Assembly (NCBI GenBank): GCA_965262725.1
Contig: OZ253555.1
Location: forward strand, 3,360,001-3,424,000
Reading direction: 5' to 3'
Origin: Dehalococcoidia bacterium
GTDB taxonomy: Bacteria > Chloroflexota > Dehalococcoidia > UBA2979
DNA: 64,000 nt
Shown: positions 21,780 to 30,822 of the stretch, in pieces
How positions within the stretch are numbered: position 1 is the stretch's first letter
Layout: every line of letters begins with the position of its first letter
Notes under the pieces: generated by a model
Seen by the model: the letters and a program-made list of their open reading frames with translations, nothing else
Databases searched by the model: none
What the model was told of the DNA's origin: nothing
Translations under genes and position numbers: made by a program

Positions 21780-23414
21780 GTGTCGAGAGTGGAGCTGTTC
21801 GAGTCTATCCGACGGATGGCGAGGGAGGAGGAGCTGTCGATCCATGAGCTGGGACGCCGGCATGGCGTGCACCGGCGCACGGTGCGGCAGGCTCTTGGGT
21901 CGGCGATACCCCCGGAACGCAAGCAGGCGACCCGCGTGGCCCCGAAGCTCGGGCCGTACGTCTCGGTCATCCGGGGCTGGCTCGTGGACGACCTCAGCGC
22001 GCCGCGCAAGCAGCGGCACACGGCCCGGCGCATCTGGGAGCGCCTCGTCGACGAACACGGGGCGACGGTGGCCGAGCCCACGGTCCGCGCCTGCGTCGCG
22101 CGCCTGCGTCGCGAGATCCAGGGCGGGCGCGCGGTTGTGACGATCCCGCAGGTCCATCCTCCCGGCGAGGAGGCGGAGGTCGACTTCGGCACGGTGACGG
22201 TGTGGCTGGAGGGCGTCGAGACCCGGCTGGCGATGTTCGTGATGCGGCTCTCGCATTCGGGGCGGGCGGCGCACGTCTGCTTCGTCGGCGAGGGCCAGGA
22301 GTCTCTGCTCGAGGGGCACGTGGTCGCCTTCGAGCGGCTCGGCGGAGTGCCGCGGCGCATCCGCTACGACAATCTGACGGCGGCCGTCACCACCGTGCTG
22401 CAGGGACGCGAGCGCCTGCAGACCGAGCGCTTCATCGCGCTCCGCTCGCATTACGGCTTCGACAGCTTCTTCTGTGAGCCCGGCATCGAGGGCGCGCACG
22501 AGAAGGGCGGTGTGGAGGGCGAGGTCGGCCGCTTCCGCCGGCGGCACTTCGTGCCGGTCCCGAAGGTGGCGACCCTCGGCGAGCTGAACGAACGAGTGCG
22601 GGAGGCGGACCGCACCGACGACGCCCGGCACATCGAGAGCCGCCTCGCCACCGTCGGCGAGATGGGAGAGAACGAGAAGGCCTCGCTGCGTCCGCTTCCG
22701 GCGGAGCGCTTCGACCCGTCAATCCCGCTGCGCGCGAAGGTCGACCGCAAGGCGCGCATCGCCGTGCGTAGCTCCCGCTACTCGGTCCCGGCGGCCTATG
22801 CAGGCCGGAAGCTGGACGTGCGGCTGTCCGGGAACAGCCTGACCGTGTGGGCCGAGGGGCGTGAAGTCGCCCACCACGAGCGCAGCGCCCGCACCGGAGC
22901 AGAGGTCCTGCTGCTCGACCACTATCTGGAGGTGCTCGCGCGCAAGCCCGGGGCGGTCCCGGGCTCGGTGGCGCTCCAGCAGGCGCGTGCGAAGGGACAC
23001 GTCACAGCCGAGCATCAGCGCTTCTGGGACCGCGCCCGCCGCAAGCTCGGCGACCGCGCGGGCACGCAGGCGTACATCGAGGTCCTGCTCCTGCATCGCC
23101 ATCTTCCCTTCACGGCGGTGCACGCCGCGCTCGGGACGGTCAACAGGATCCAGTCGGTGAACCCCGAACTGGTCGCCATCGAGGCGCGCCGTCTCGCCGA
23201 CCGCAGGCCACCAGACGCCGCCGTCGAGAGACCGCACCTGGAGCGCTACGACCGACCTGCCCCGCTCCTCGATGGCTACGATGCGCTGCTCTCGGGTGAT
23301 TCCCGATGGCCCGGCACGTCGCCGGGCGGGCGCTCCCGCGCTCCGCGGTCTGCCGAGAACGCGTCGCACACCACCACAACCGCCGTCACCGCTGCGGTGT
23401 CGACGGCACGCTGA
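21780..23414 (+). CDS. istA: IS21 transposase
   Basis: N-terminal HTH; AEVDFG, IRYDN and HEKGGVEGEVG motifs. Confidence 0.95.
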   Translation: MSRVELFESIRRMAREEELSIHELGRRHGVHRRTVRQALGSAIPPERKQATRVAPKLGPYVSVIRGWLVDDLSAPRKQRHTARRIWERLVDEHGATVAEPTVRACVARLRREIQGGRAVVTIPQVHPPGEEAEVDFGTVTVWLEGVETRLAMFVMRLSHSGRAAHVCFVGEGQESLLEGHVVAFERLGGVPRRIRYDNLTAAVTTVLQGRERLQTERFIALRSHYGFDSFFCEPGIEGAHEKGGVEGEVGRFRRRHFVPVPKVATLGELNERVREADRTDDARHIESRLATVGEMGENEKASLRPLPAERFDPSIPLRAKVDRKARIAVRSSRYSVPAAYAGRKLDVRLSGNSLTVWAEGREVAHHERSARTGAEVLLLDHYLEVLARKPGAVPGSVALQQARAKGHVTAEHQRFWDRARRKLGDRAGTQAYIEVLLLHRHLPFTAVHAALGTVNRIQSVNPELVAIEARRLADRRPPDAAVERPHLERYDRPAPLLDGYDALLSGDSRWPGTSPGGRSRAPRSAENASHTTTTAVTAAVSTAR

Positions 23415-23430
23415 CCACAGGAGGCACCCG

Positions 23431-24213
23431 ATGACAGCACCCCTCACCGACCAGGCCGCGGAGCTGACAATCGAGGCGATCTGCCGCGAGCTCCGTCTCC
23501 CCACCGTCAGGAAGCAGGCGCTCCCGCTCGCCGAAGCCGCGGTCCGAGACCGGATCACCCATCTGGGCTATCTCGCCGAAGTGCTGGGAGCCGAACGCGA
23601 TGACCGTGAGGAGCGGCGCCGTCAGCGCCGTATCGTCGAGGCGCGGTTCCCGCGTTTCAAGTACCTCGCCGACTTCGACCTCGAGGCGGCGCCGACAGTC
23701 GACGCGCCGGCGCTCGCCACGCTGGAGCGCTGCGACTGGGTCGAAAGGGGCGAGCCCGTCGTCCTGCTCGGTGACAGCGGCACCGGGAAGTCACACCTGC
23801 TCATCGGCCTCGGCATGGCCGCCTGCCACCTGGGGCTGCGCGTGCGGTACATGACCACGGCCGCCCTGGTGAATGAACTGGCCGAAGCGTCGGATGATCG
23901 CGCGCTCTCACGCCTCGTCGCCCGCTACGGCCGCCTCGACCTGCTCTGCCTGGATGAGTTCGGGTACGTCCACCTCGACCCGCGCGGTGCCGAAATGCTG
24001 TTCCAGATCCTGACCGAGCGCGAGGAACGGGCATCGGTCGCCGTCGCCTCCAACTCCCCGTTCTCCGAGTGGGGCCGCATCTTCACCGACCCTCGTCTCG
24101 CCGCGGCCGTCGTTGACCGCCTCACCTACCGTGCCCATATCATCGAGACCGGCACCGAGTCCTACCGGCTCCGGGCCTCGACCTCCCCGAGAGGAGGTGC
24201 CCCAACGACCTGA
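23431..24213 (+). CDS. istB: IS21 helper ATPase
   Basis: Walker A GDSGTGKSH; LLCLDEFGY; AAVVDRL..GTESYRL. Confidence 0.95.
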   Translation: MTAPLTDQAAELTIEAICRELRLPTVRKQALPLAEAAVRDRITHLGYLAEVLGAERDDREERRRQRRIVEARFPRFKYLADFDLEAAPTVDAPALATLERCDWVERGEPVVLLGDSGTGKSHLLIGLGMAACHLGLRVRYMTTAALVNELAEASDDRALSRLVARYGRLDLLCLDEFGYVHLDPRGAEMLFQILTEREERASVAVASNSPFSEWGRIFTDPRLAAAVVDRLTYRAHIIETGTESYRLRASTSPRGGAPTT

Positions 24214-24280
24214 TCCCGGTCCCCGGGGGTGGGGCCAGATCAGAGGATCAAAGTGGGGCCAGATGTAAGCATCATTCCCA

Positions 24281-24395
24281 GAAGGCGATGTCCTCGCGGC
24301 AGCGCCGTTCGATCTGGCGGCTCGAGCGCTCGCCCTCGCAGTAGGCATAGAGCACGAGCGCGACCATCATCGACGGCTCGTACGCCTTCCGCCCC
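24281..24395 (-). pseudogene. IS1182/IS5-like transposase fragment (DUF772 region)
   Basis: GRKAYEPSMMVALVLYAYCEGERSSRQIERRCREDIAF. Confidence 0.75.
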
Positions 24396-24423
24396 CACCC
24401 ATCCTGACATCCGTTAGGAACTC

Positions 24424-24752
24424 AACGGTCCCGAGCTCACGGCCAACGCCCTGCGCGACTGGTGCCGGTTCTCCGGCACGGGCAGCAGCTACATCGAGCC
24501 CGGTGCGCCGTGGGAGAACCCGTACGTGGAGTCGTTCAACGGCCGGCTCCGCGACGAGTTCCTGGCCGTCGAGCAGTTCGACAGCTTGCTGGAGGCGCAG
24601 GTACTGATCGAGGACTGGCGGATCGAGTACAACACGACGCGCCCGCACAGCAGCCTGGGCTGGCTCGCCCCGGCTGCCTACGCCGAGCAACGCAGGGCGG
24701 AACAACTGGTTGGACTCTCATAAGCGGTAGTCTCGCGAAGGGGGTCCGGTCA
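24424..24752 (+). pseudogene. IS3 family transposase C-terminal fragment with right end
   Basis: NGPELTANALRDW..IEPGAPWENPYVESFNGRLRDEFL..YNTTRPHSSLG; ends GGGGTCCGGTCA. Confidence 0.85.
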
Positions 24753-25012
24753 GCACCGGAAACCTACCTCGCCGGACAACACGACGCGCCCGCACAGCTG
24801 CACATTCATACCGATGTTTGCCCGGTGGTGAGACCAGACGGCAGCGGCAGAGCCTGGACCAAGGGGGCTCGTCTCCGTAGGCATTTCGTAGGCATGCGTA
24901 GCGAAACGGAGCAGGATGAGCCAGGACGGAACGTCACGTGAGCCCGTCATGTCAGGTTCAGAGAGGGCCCTAAGACGAGGTGGTGGCACAGGCTGGGACG
25001 GCTGGCGGCGAA

Positions 25013-25069
25013 CTCAAAAACCGTTGGGCTTCATCGCCCGTGTGGGTTCGAATCCCACCTTCGGCACCA
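25013..25069 (+). tRNA. 3' fragment of tRNA-Leu(CAA), probable att site
   Basis: CTCAAAA anticodon loop, long variable arm, GTGGGTTCGAATCCCAC T-arm, TTCGGCACCA end. No 5' acceptor strand or D arm upstream. Confidence 0.85.
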
Positions 25070-25262
25070 ACCCAGATTCAAGACCGAGGCTAGCGGGACC
25101 AAGCAACTGCTGAGCACGTCAGCAATTGGGAACGGATTGCGAACCAGAATACCTGTGTGTCGGGGCCCAGCCGAGCCTCGGGCGCACCGCAACCGCGGTG
25201 CGGCGGTGGTGCTGCCGCACTGCTCGTCGACAAGGTACACCGCACCAGACCCTGCGCAGCGA

Positions 25263-25760
25263 TCAGGGTGAGAGGGGAAAGGCATCGACTCTCGGTGCCG
25301 CGTCGCGGCGCCAGACCATCACCTGCCGCCTCATCTGGAGTACGACCTCCCCCCGCTGGTTGAGTCCGCGGGTGCGCGTCGTGACGATGCCCTGTTCGGG
25401 GCGCGACCGGGACTCTCGAACCTCCAAGACCTCGGTCTCGGCGTAGAGGGTGTCGCCGGCGAAGACGGGCCTCGGCATCGTCACCTCCTCATAGCCGAGG
25501 GCGAAGCCGTTCTGGCTAACGTCGGCCACAGTCATCCCGGTGACGATCGCAAGCGTCAAGGTGCTGTTTACGAGCGGGCGTCCGAACTCCGTGCGGCTCG
25601 CATACTCAGCATTGAAGTGGATCTGATTCGGATTGTTCGTGATCAGCGTAAACCAGGTGTTGTCGGCCTCCGAAACCGTGCGACCCACCGGGGCACGATA
25701 GATGTCACCTAGATTGAAGTCCTCAAAGTAGCGCCCCGCCCATGCTTCCTGAATCGCCAT
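25263..25760 (-). CDS. MaoC family (R)-specific enoyl-CoA hydratase/dehydratase
   Basis: GRYFEDF, GRTVSEADNTWFT, NQIHFN and PVFAGDTL motifs. Confidence 0.9.
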   Translation of the reverse strand: MAIQEAWAGRYFEDFNLGDIYRAPVGRTVSEADNTWFTLITNNPNQIHFNAEYASRTEFGRPLVNSTLTLAIVTGMTVADVSQNGFALGYEEVTMPRPVFAGDTLYAETEVLEVRESRSRPEQGIVTTRTRGLNQRGEVVLQMRRQVMVWRRDAAPRVDAFPLSP

Positions 25761-25788
25761 CGGACCGCCCACTTCCACCGCGTCGCCG

Positions 25789-26670
25789 CTAGAGACGCTC
25801 CGCGTCCGCGAGGAGCTGGCGGGCGCGCTCCACCACGGGTGCATCGACCATCTCGCCATCCACCGACAGCACACCCCGACCGTCGAGACCCGCATCGTCG
25901 TACGCCCGGATGATTCGCTGCGCCCGCTCCAGTTCGGCCGCGTTCGCCCGGAATCCAGCATTGATCGCCGCGACCTGATCGGGATGGATCGCGAGCTTTC
26001 CGCTGAAGCCGAGGCTGCGGCCCTGTCTCACCGATCGCTCCAGTGCCTCGAGATCACGAAACTCACGAGGGACCATGTCGACCGCCTCCACGCCGGCCGC
26101 ATGGCTCGCCATCGCCAACTCGGCGCGCGCGTGGATCAGCCCTTTGGACCTGTCGTCAGCTGCGAGGCCGGTCGCGTTGGCGTAGTCCTCAGCCCCGAAG
26201 CACAATGCCGTCACCCGCGGTGAGGCACCAGCCAACTCTGCCGCAACCTTGAGCGCTGACGGGCTCTCAACCAGCACGGCGATCCGAGTCTCACCCGGCA
26301 CCAGTCCCCGCAGGGACTCCCACACTTCGAGCGCCGCGTCGATGCCGACGATCACCCTAACGTCGTCGACCTTCGGCAGCACCAAGCCGTCCAGACCCGG
26401 GCCAACCACGGCCGCGAGATCGGCGTGGAGCACCGCGTAAGGGGCGCTCTCCCGGACGCGCACAAACTTTTGGACCCCGGCGATCTGCCGATCAGCGGAG
26501 AGGAGCTGCGAGAGCGAACTTCGGGCGGTCTCGACCTGGTCAACGGCGACCGAGTCTTCGAGATCGAAGATCACCGCGTGGGCCCCCGAGCCAAGTGCCT
26601 TGGCGAACCGTCCCGGGCGATCGCCCGGGACGAAGAGCCACGACCTCTTCGCTCCGGAGGAGCCTAGCAC
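25789..26670 (-). CDS. CitE/HpcH-family acyl-CoA lyase
   Basis: RSWLFVPG, IFDLEDSV, LPKV, FGAEDY, GKLAIHPDQV and MVDAPV motifs. Confidence 0.92.
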   Translation of the reverse strand: MLGSSGAKRSWLFVPGDRPGRFAKALGSGAHAVIFDLEDSVAVDQVETARSSLSQLLSADRQIAGVQKFVRVRESAPYAVLHADLAAVVGPGLDGLVLPKVDDVRVIVGIDAALEVWESLRGLVPGETRIAVLVESPSALKVAAELAGASPRVTALCFGAEDYANATGLAADDRSKGLIHARAELAMASHAAGVEAVDMVPREFRDLEALERSVRQGRSLGFSGKLAIHPDQVAAINAGFRANAAELERAQRIIRAYDDAGLDGRGVLSVDGEMVDAPVVERARQLLADAERL

Positions 26671-26898
26671 CGGAGCCTAGCCCCGAGGCTTCCCGCATGC
26701 TGCCGCCTCTGGTGGCTACCGACGATACGGCTCAGCGGCGCAATCGACCTCAAACTCCGCTCCGGCGCCAACAGCCCCCGGGCCCGGATCCGCATCGCCA
26801 TCGTCACCCCCGCCCGTCGTTGACCGGTCGCAGGCGGTGCCCGCATCACCGAACTCCGCTCCAGAGACAGCGACCGATCGCGGGTCCGACCGAGCGGG

Positions 26899-28104
26899 TC
26901 AGCCGATCACGACGCGTCCGCCCAACAGCGTGGCGATCTCGCGCGTGCCATAACCCAGCTCGGCAAGGATCTCGCGTGTGTGCTGACCAAGCGTCGGGGC
27001 GGAGCGCTCGAGCTCGGCTGGCGTCCCGGAGAACTCCCATGGCGGCAGCAGCGTCTGAATGGGAGTGCCTCCTGGCCCATCGACCGTCTGCACCATGCCG
27101 ATGTGACGGACCTGATCCAGGTCGACCAGCTGCTGGTAGTCGTTGGTCGGGAATGCCCAGCCCCCATGGCGTCGCACCCGCTCGATCACCTCATCGGCGG
27201 TGAACTTCGAGAACGCCCGCTCCCAGATCGGTTGCATGATCTCAAACACATCCGATGTCGGACCGCCGCGATCCCGCAGGAAATCGTCATAGCGCGGATC
27301 ATCCTTCACCCACTCCATCTCGAGGTCGCGGATCAGTGCCTGGCGACCTTCGGGGGTGACACGAGCCAGCGAGAAGAGGATGGCACCGTCCTTGCACTGT
27401 TGGCCATGGTCTGGCGGCCTCACAAGGCCATCGAGGTGATAGCCTGACCAGGAGTCTGGATTCGACCGCGCCACCCAGAGCGTCGAGCGCATCGCCAGAA
27501 CCGAGCCCAAGAGCGAGATATCGACTCGCTGGCCGAGTCCACTACGTTCACGCTCGAGCAGCGCCGCACAGATTGCCTGAACCGCGTAGATCGCCGCGTA
27601 CATCGACGCGAGATCGGTGCCCACCCGTACCGGTGCCTCACCGGGACGACCGAGCGAGGCAGTCGCCTCGCCCGCCAGTTGCGCGGGGAGCTCACCATAG
27701 GGTGCCCGACCCGCCCATGGGCCGCGATCGCCGAATTCCGAGATGACGCAGATGATGAGCCCGGGATTTGTTCCCGCCAGCGATTCGCGGGCGAGGACGG
27801 ACTCTTCCTTCCCGCCGGCGTCGATGATCGCAACGTCCGCCCACCGCAGCAACCGGGTAGTCAGTTCGAGCGCCTGCCGGCCACCGAGGTCCAGCGCGAT
27901 CCCGCGCTTGCTTCGGTTGAGACTGCCGAACACCGCGCCTACATCGCCACGCTCATCTGAGCCCCAGTGACGGGTACGGTCTCCGGCCAGCTCCTCGACC
28001 TTGATCACATCGGCGCCGCCGTCACCGAGTTCCATCGCGCAGTAGGGGCCGGCGACGGCCTCCGCGAACTCGACCACCCTGAACCCTTCGAGTGGTCCGC
28101 TCAC
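26899..28104 (-). CDS. Family III CoA-transferase subunit (catalytic Asp apparently absent)
   Basis: GPLEGFRVVE..AGPYC..GADVIKVE..GDRTR, LNRSKRGIALDL, APTLGQHT. Confidence 0.9.
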   Translation of the reverse strand: MSGPLEGFRVVEFAEAVAGPYCAMELGDGGADVIKVEELAGDRTRHWGSDERGDVGAVFGSLNRSKRGIALDLGGRQALELTTRLLRWADVAIIDAGGKEESVLARESLAGTNPGLIICVISEFGDRGPWAGRAPYGELPAQLAGEATASLGRPGEAPVRVGTDLASMYAAIYAVQAICAALLERERSGLGQRVDISLLGSVLAMRSTLWVARSNPDSWSGYHLDGLVRPPDHGQQCKDGAILFSLARVTPEGRQALIRDLEMEWVKDDPRYDDFLRDRGGPTSDVFEIMQPIWERAFSKFTADEVIERVRRHGGWAFPTNDYQQLVDLDQVRHIGMVQTVDGPGGTPIQTLLPPWEFSGTPAELERSAPTLGQHTREILAELGYGTREIATLLGGRVVIG

Positions 28105-28105
28105 C

Positions 28106-28385
28106 CTAGTGTCCCGAGTTGGGGATAGGGGTTAGGCACCCGGTGAGGTTGTCGAGTATCGGGGCTTGGATGCCCGTCGAGCCCGACCACGTCGCGCACC
28201 TTCGCGATGAACTGGGGGTCGGGCGACAGCGTGACGTGCTCCACGAGCTGCGGCCTGAGACCGAAGGCGCGCCACACCGACGTGGTCGGCCCGCGCACCC
28301 ATCGGTCCAACGTCACACGGGCAGAGCCCCACCCTGCCGACACTATAGGAGCCATCCCAATCGCATCTGCAGCTTGGAACACTAG
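28106..28385. mobile_element. Internally deleted IS630-derived miniature element
   Basis: Ends CTAGTGTCCCGAGTTG / CTAGTGTTCCAAGCTG (inverted), with CTAG on both sides. The internal minus-strand peptide VWRAFGLRPQLVEHVTLSPDPQFIAKVRDVVGL resembles IS630 transposases. Confidence 0.8.
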
Positions 28386-29581
28386 CTCCCCTCGCCAGTC
28401 ACAAGCGCCAGCGGCGCGGCGGCTTCCGATCGCGCGGCCAACTCGGCCAGGATCTCCTCGTTGTGGAGACCGGGGAAGGGCGTCGGGGTCCAGCGCGCCG
28501 GGGTGCGGTCGAGGTGCCATGGTGGGCCCCCGGTAGTGACCGTGCCCCAGGCCACCGTGTCGATATCGATCAGGTACGCGTTCTCCAGCACCTGCTGATG
28601 CTGGCGAAGCACCTTCCATCTCATCGGGAAGCCAAAGGAAATGCCGCTCCGCTCGAGGTGAAACGCCCAGTAGTCACTGGGCTGGGTGCCGAAGACCTCA
28701 GTCAGGATGTCCGCCAACTCGTGTCGGTGATCGAGGCGAGCGCCGTTGGTTCGGAAACGCTCATCCTCGCGAAGTTCCGGTTGTCCGATCAGTTCGCAGA
28801 GCGCCGCCCACTCCGTGTCCGAGGTCACTGCAACGCCGATCCACTCGCGGTCCTGGCACTCGAAGGCCTGGTCCGGGGCCGTTGCCTGTGAGGCGCTCCC
28901 GCGGGGGCCCGAAAGCACGCCGCTCTGCAGGAACTCGCCGATGCGCGCGGATTGCATCGCGGAGACGGCGCGCAGCATCGAGACCTGGACCCGTTGTCCC
29001 TTGCCCGTTCGCTCGCGGGCGAGCAGTGCCATGGTGATCGCCTGGGCAGCATAGTTCCCGGTCGTGAAATCGGCCTGCGTGTAATGGCGATAGACCTCAG
29101 GGCGGCCGCCCTCGACGCCGTTGGTCGACGTGAAGCCGGTGATGTGCTGGGCCTGCTGATCAGCACCCGGGAGGGCCGACATCGGACCGCTCTCTCCCCA
29201 GCCCGTGACCTCGCAGTAGACGATCCGTGGATTGATCTCGCGCACCGCCTCGTAGCCGACTCCGAGCCGCTCGGGGACGCCCGGACGCATGTTGGCCAGG
29301 AAGACATCGCAGGTCTTGAGCAGGTCGTAGGCGTTCTTTCGGTGAGCCTCTGACTTCAGGTCCAACGAAAACGCCCGCTTGTTCATGTTGAACGCGATGT
29401 AGCCGATCGATGTCCCGTTGATCGTAGGCGGAATGCTCGCGGCGAGCGTCGACCAGTCAATGTTCGGTTGTTCGATGTGAATGACGTCGGCGCCGAGGGC
29501 ACCGAGCTGCATCGAAGCCCACGGTCCTACTCCCCACTGAGTAAGATCGAAGACGCGTATCCCCTCAAGTGCCTGCTTCAT
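28382..29581 (-). CDS. Family III CoA-transferase (CaiB/BaiF)
   Basis: LEGIRVFDLTQ..GP..GADVIHIE, NMNKR..LDLK, NMRPGVPERLG; catalytic ADFTTG. Confidence 0.93.
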   Translation of the reverse strand: MKQALEGIRVFDLTQWGVGPWASMQLGALGADVIHIEQPNIDWSTLAASIPPTINGTSIGYIAFNMNKRAFSLDLKSEAHRKNAYDLLKTCDVFLANMRPGVPERLGVGYEAVREINPRIVYCEVTGWGESGPMSALPGADQQAQHITGFTSTNGVEGGRPEVYRHYTQADFTTGNYAAQAITMALLARERTGKGQRVQVSMLRAVSAMQSARIGEFLQSGVLSGPRGSASQATAPDQAFECQDREWIGVAVTSDTEWAALCELIGQPELREDERFRTNGARLDHRHELADILTEVFGTQPSDYWAFHLERSGISFGFPMRWKVLRQHQQVLENAYLIDIDTVAWGTVTTGGPPWHLDRTPARWTPTPFPGLHNEEILAELAARSEAAAPLALVTGEGS

Positions 29582-29690
29582 CGGTTACCTCACCATTCCC
29601 TCTCCGAACTCACTGCCTCCCCAGACACAATCCGCTCGGCGTCCAAGGAGAGCCCGCCAGACCGCTACGCGGTTGCCCCCAGCTGGAGGG

Positions 29691-30542
29691 CTAGGGGAGA
29701 CCCAGTCCGGCCTGGAGTCTCGGAAATGCTCTCCGGATGTTGCGTTCGATCACGTCGGAGACCTGCTCGAACGAAACCTCCTTCTCTTTGGCAAGGCGTT
29801 CTGTAAAGCGGACGAGGTTTATCAGTTCCGTCTTCTGGTCGAGATCGAACGGGTAGATTCCCTCCCCGGTCCGCTCGAGTAGCCCTGCCGGCCAATCCGT
29901 GTCCATCACGAGGCCTCCGAGCGGCAGGTTGCGGTACACGTTGCGAAGCCGGTGGGCGTCGGGATGCATGAGCACGACGGAGACGGAGGGATAGATACCC
30001 ATGTCGAGCAACCGTCCGGCCAGATCTTCACTGCCCATGAAGTTGTGAAGCACGCCGCCAACCTCCCAGGCGCGTTCCTCCTTCAGGACATCGGCCAGCA
30101 CCTGCGCCGACTCTCTCCCGTAGGTGTGCAGGTTGAGTGGTAGCCTGAGATCGCGGGCGAGCCCGATCTGGCGGCGGAAGACATCGACCTGCAGATCTCG
30201 CGGAAGTGGCGATCTCTCGAAATCGACTCCCACCTCGCCGATCCCCACGACGCGATCGTTCGACTCCGCGAGCTCGGCAAGCTCAGCGACCGAATCCTCC
30301 GTAAAGCTGTCGGACTGGGAGGGGTGCACGCCAACGCAGGCGAAGTAGCCGTCACGCCCGTCGATGAAGTTGAGCACCTCTCGCGAATCGGGGAGCGTGG
30401 TCCCTTGTACGATCCAGGCACGCACACCCTGAGCGCGGGCGATCGCTTCCTGTCTCTCCAACATCTCAAACGTGGCGCCGGGCCGCCCCGCCCTGTGCAC
30501 ATGGCAATCGATCAACACGGCATCTCGCCTCCTCATGATCAC
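29691..30542 (-). CDS. TatD family metallohydrolase
   Basis: LIDCHVH, VGVHP, GIGEVGVD, LNLH, VLHNF and DTDWP motifs. Confidence 0.9.
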   Translation of the reverse strand: MIMRRRDAVLIDCHVHRAGRPGATFEMLERQEAIARAQGVRAWIVQGTTLPDSREVLNFIDGRDGYFACVGVHPSQSDSFTEDSVAELAELAESNDRVVGIGEVGVDFERSPLPRDLQVDVFRRQIGLARDLRLPLNLHTYGRESAQVLADVLKEERAWEVGGVLHNFMGSEDLAGRLLDMGIYPSVSVVLMHPDAHRLRNVYRNLPLGGLVMDTDWPAGLLERTGEGIYPFDLDQKTELINLVRFTERLAKEKEVSFEQVSDVIERNIRRAFPRLQAGLGLP

Positions 30543-30822
30543 TGGATGGGGTACTGCGAACCAGCGCCAAACGTGATCGATGACAGGGTGCGAGGCACAT
30601 CCTGAGGCGAACCATCGGGCCGATTCGCGCCCTGCATCATGCCCGCCGCTACCTGGCCCCTCACTTTAGCGATCGCCCGATGCGATAGCAACCCAAAATC
30701 CACAGCAAGAGCGATTCGGAAGATGTCCCGCGCCTCGCAATCTCGGCCAGCGTCGGGGCGCGGTGGTGGGCGGCTGGTCCGGCCGTCCTCGATGTGAGCC
30801 GAGCTACCGAGGCGGGCGCACC

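Larger units (their letters stand above)
21688..24280 (+). mobile_element. IS21 family insertion sequence
   Basis: Terminal IR TGGGAATGATGCT / AGCATCATTCCCA; subterminal GTGGGGCCAGAT repeats; no target duplication. Confidence 0.93.

Noticed and set aside
24960-25069. Complete tRNA-Leu gene
   Set aside because: No 5' acceptor strand, D arm or 5' anticodon stem. The same applies to the Ala and Gly fragments.
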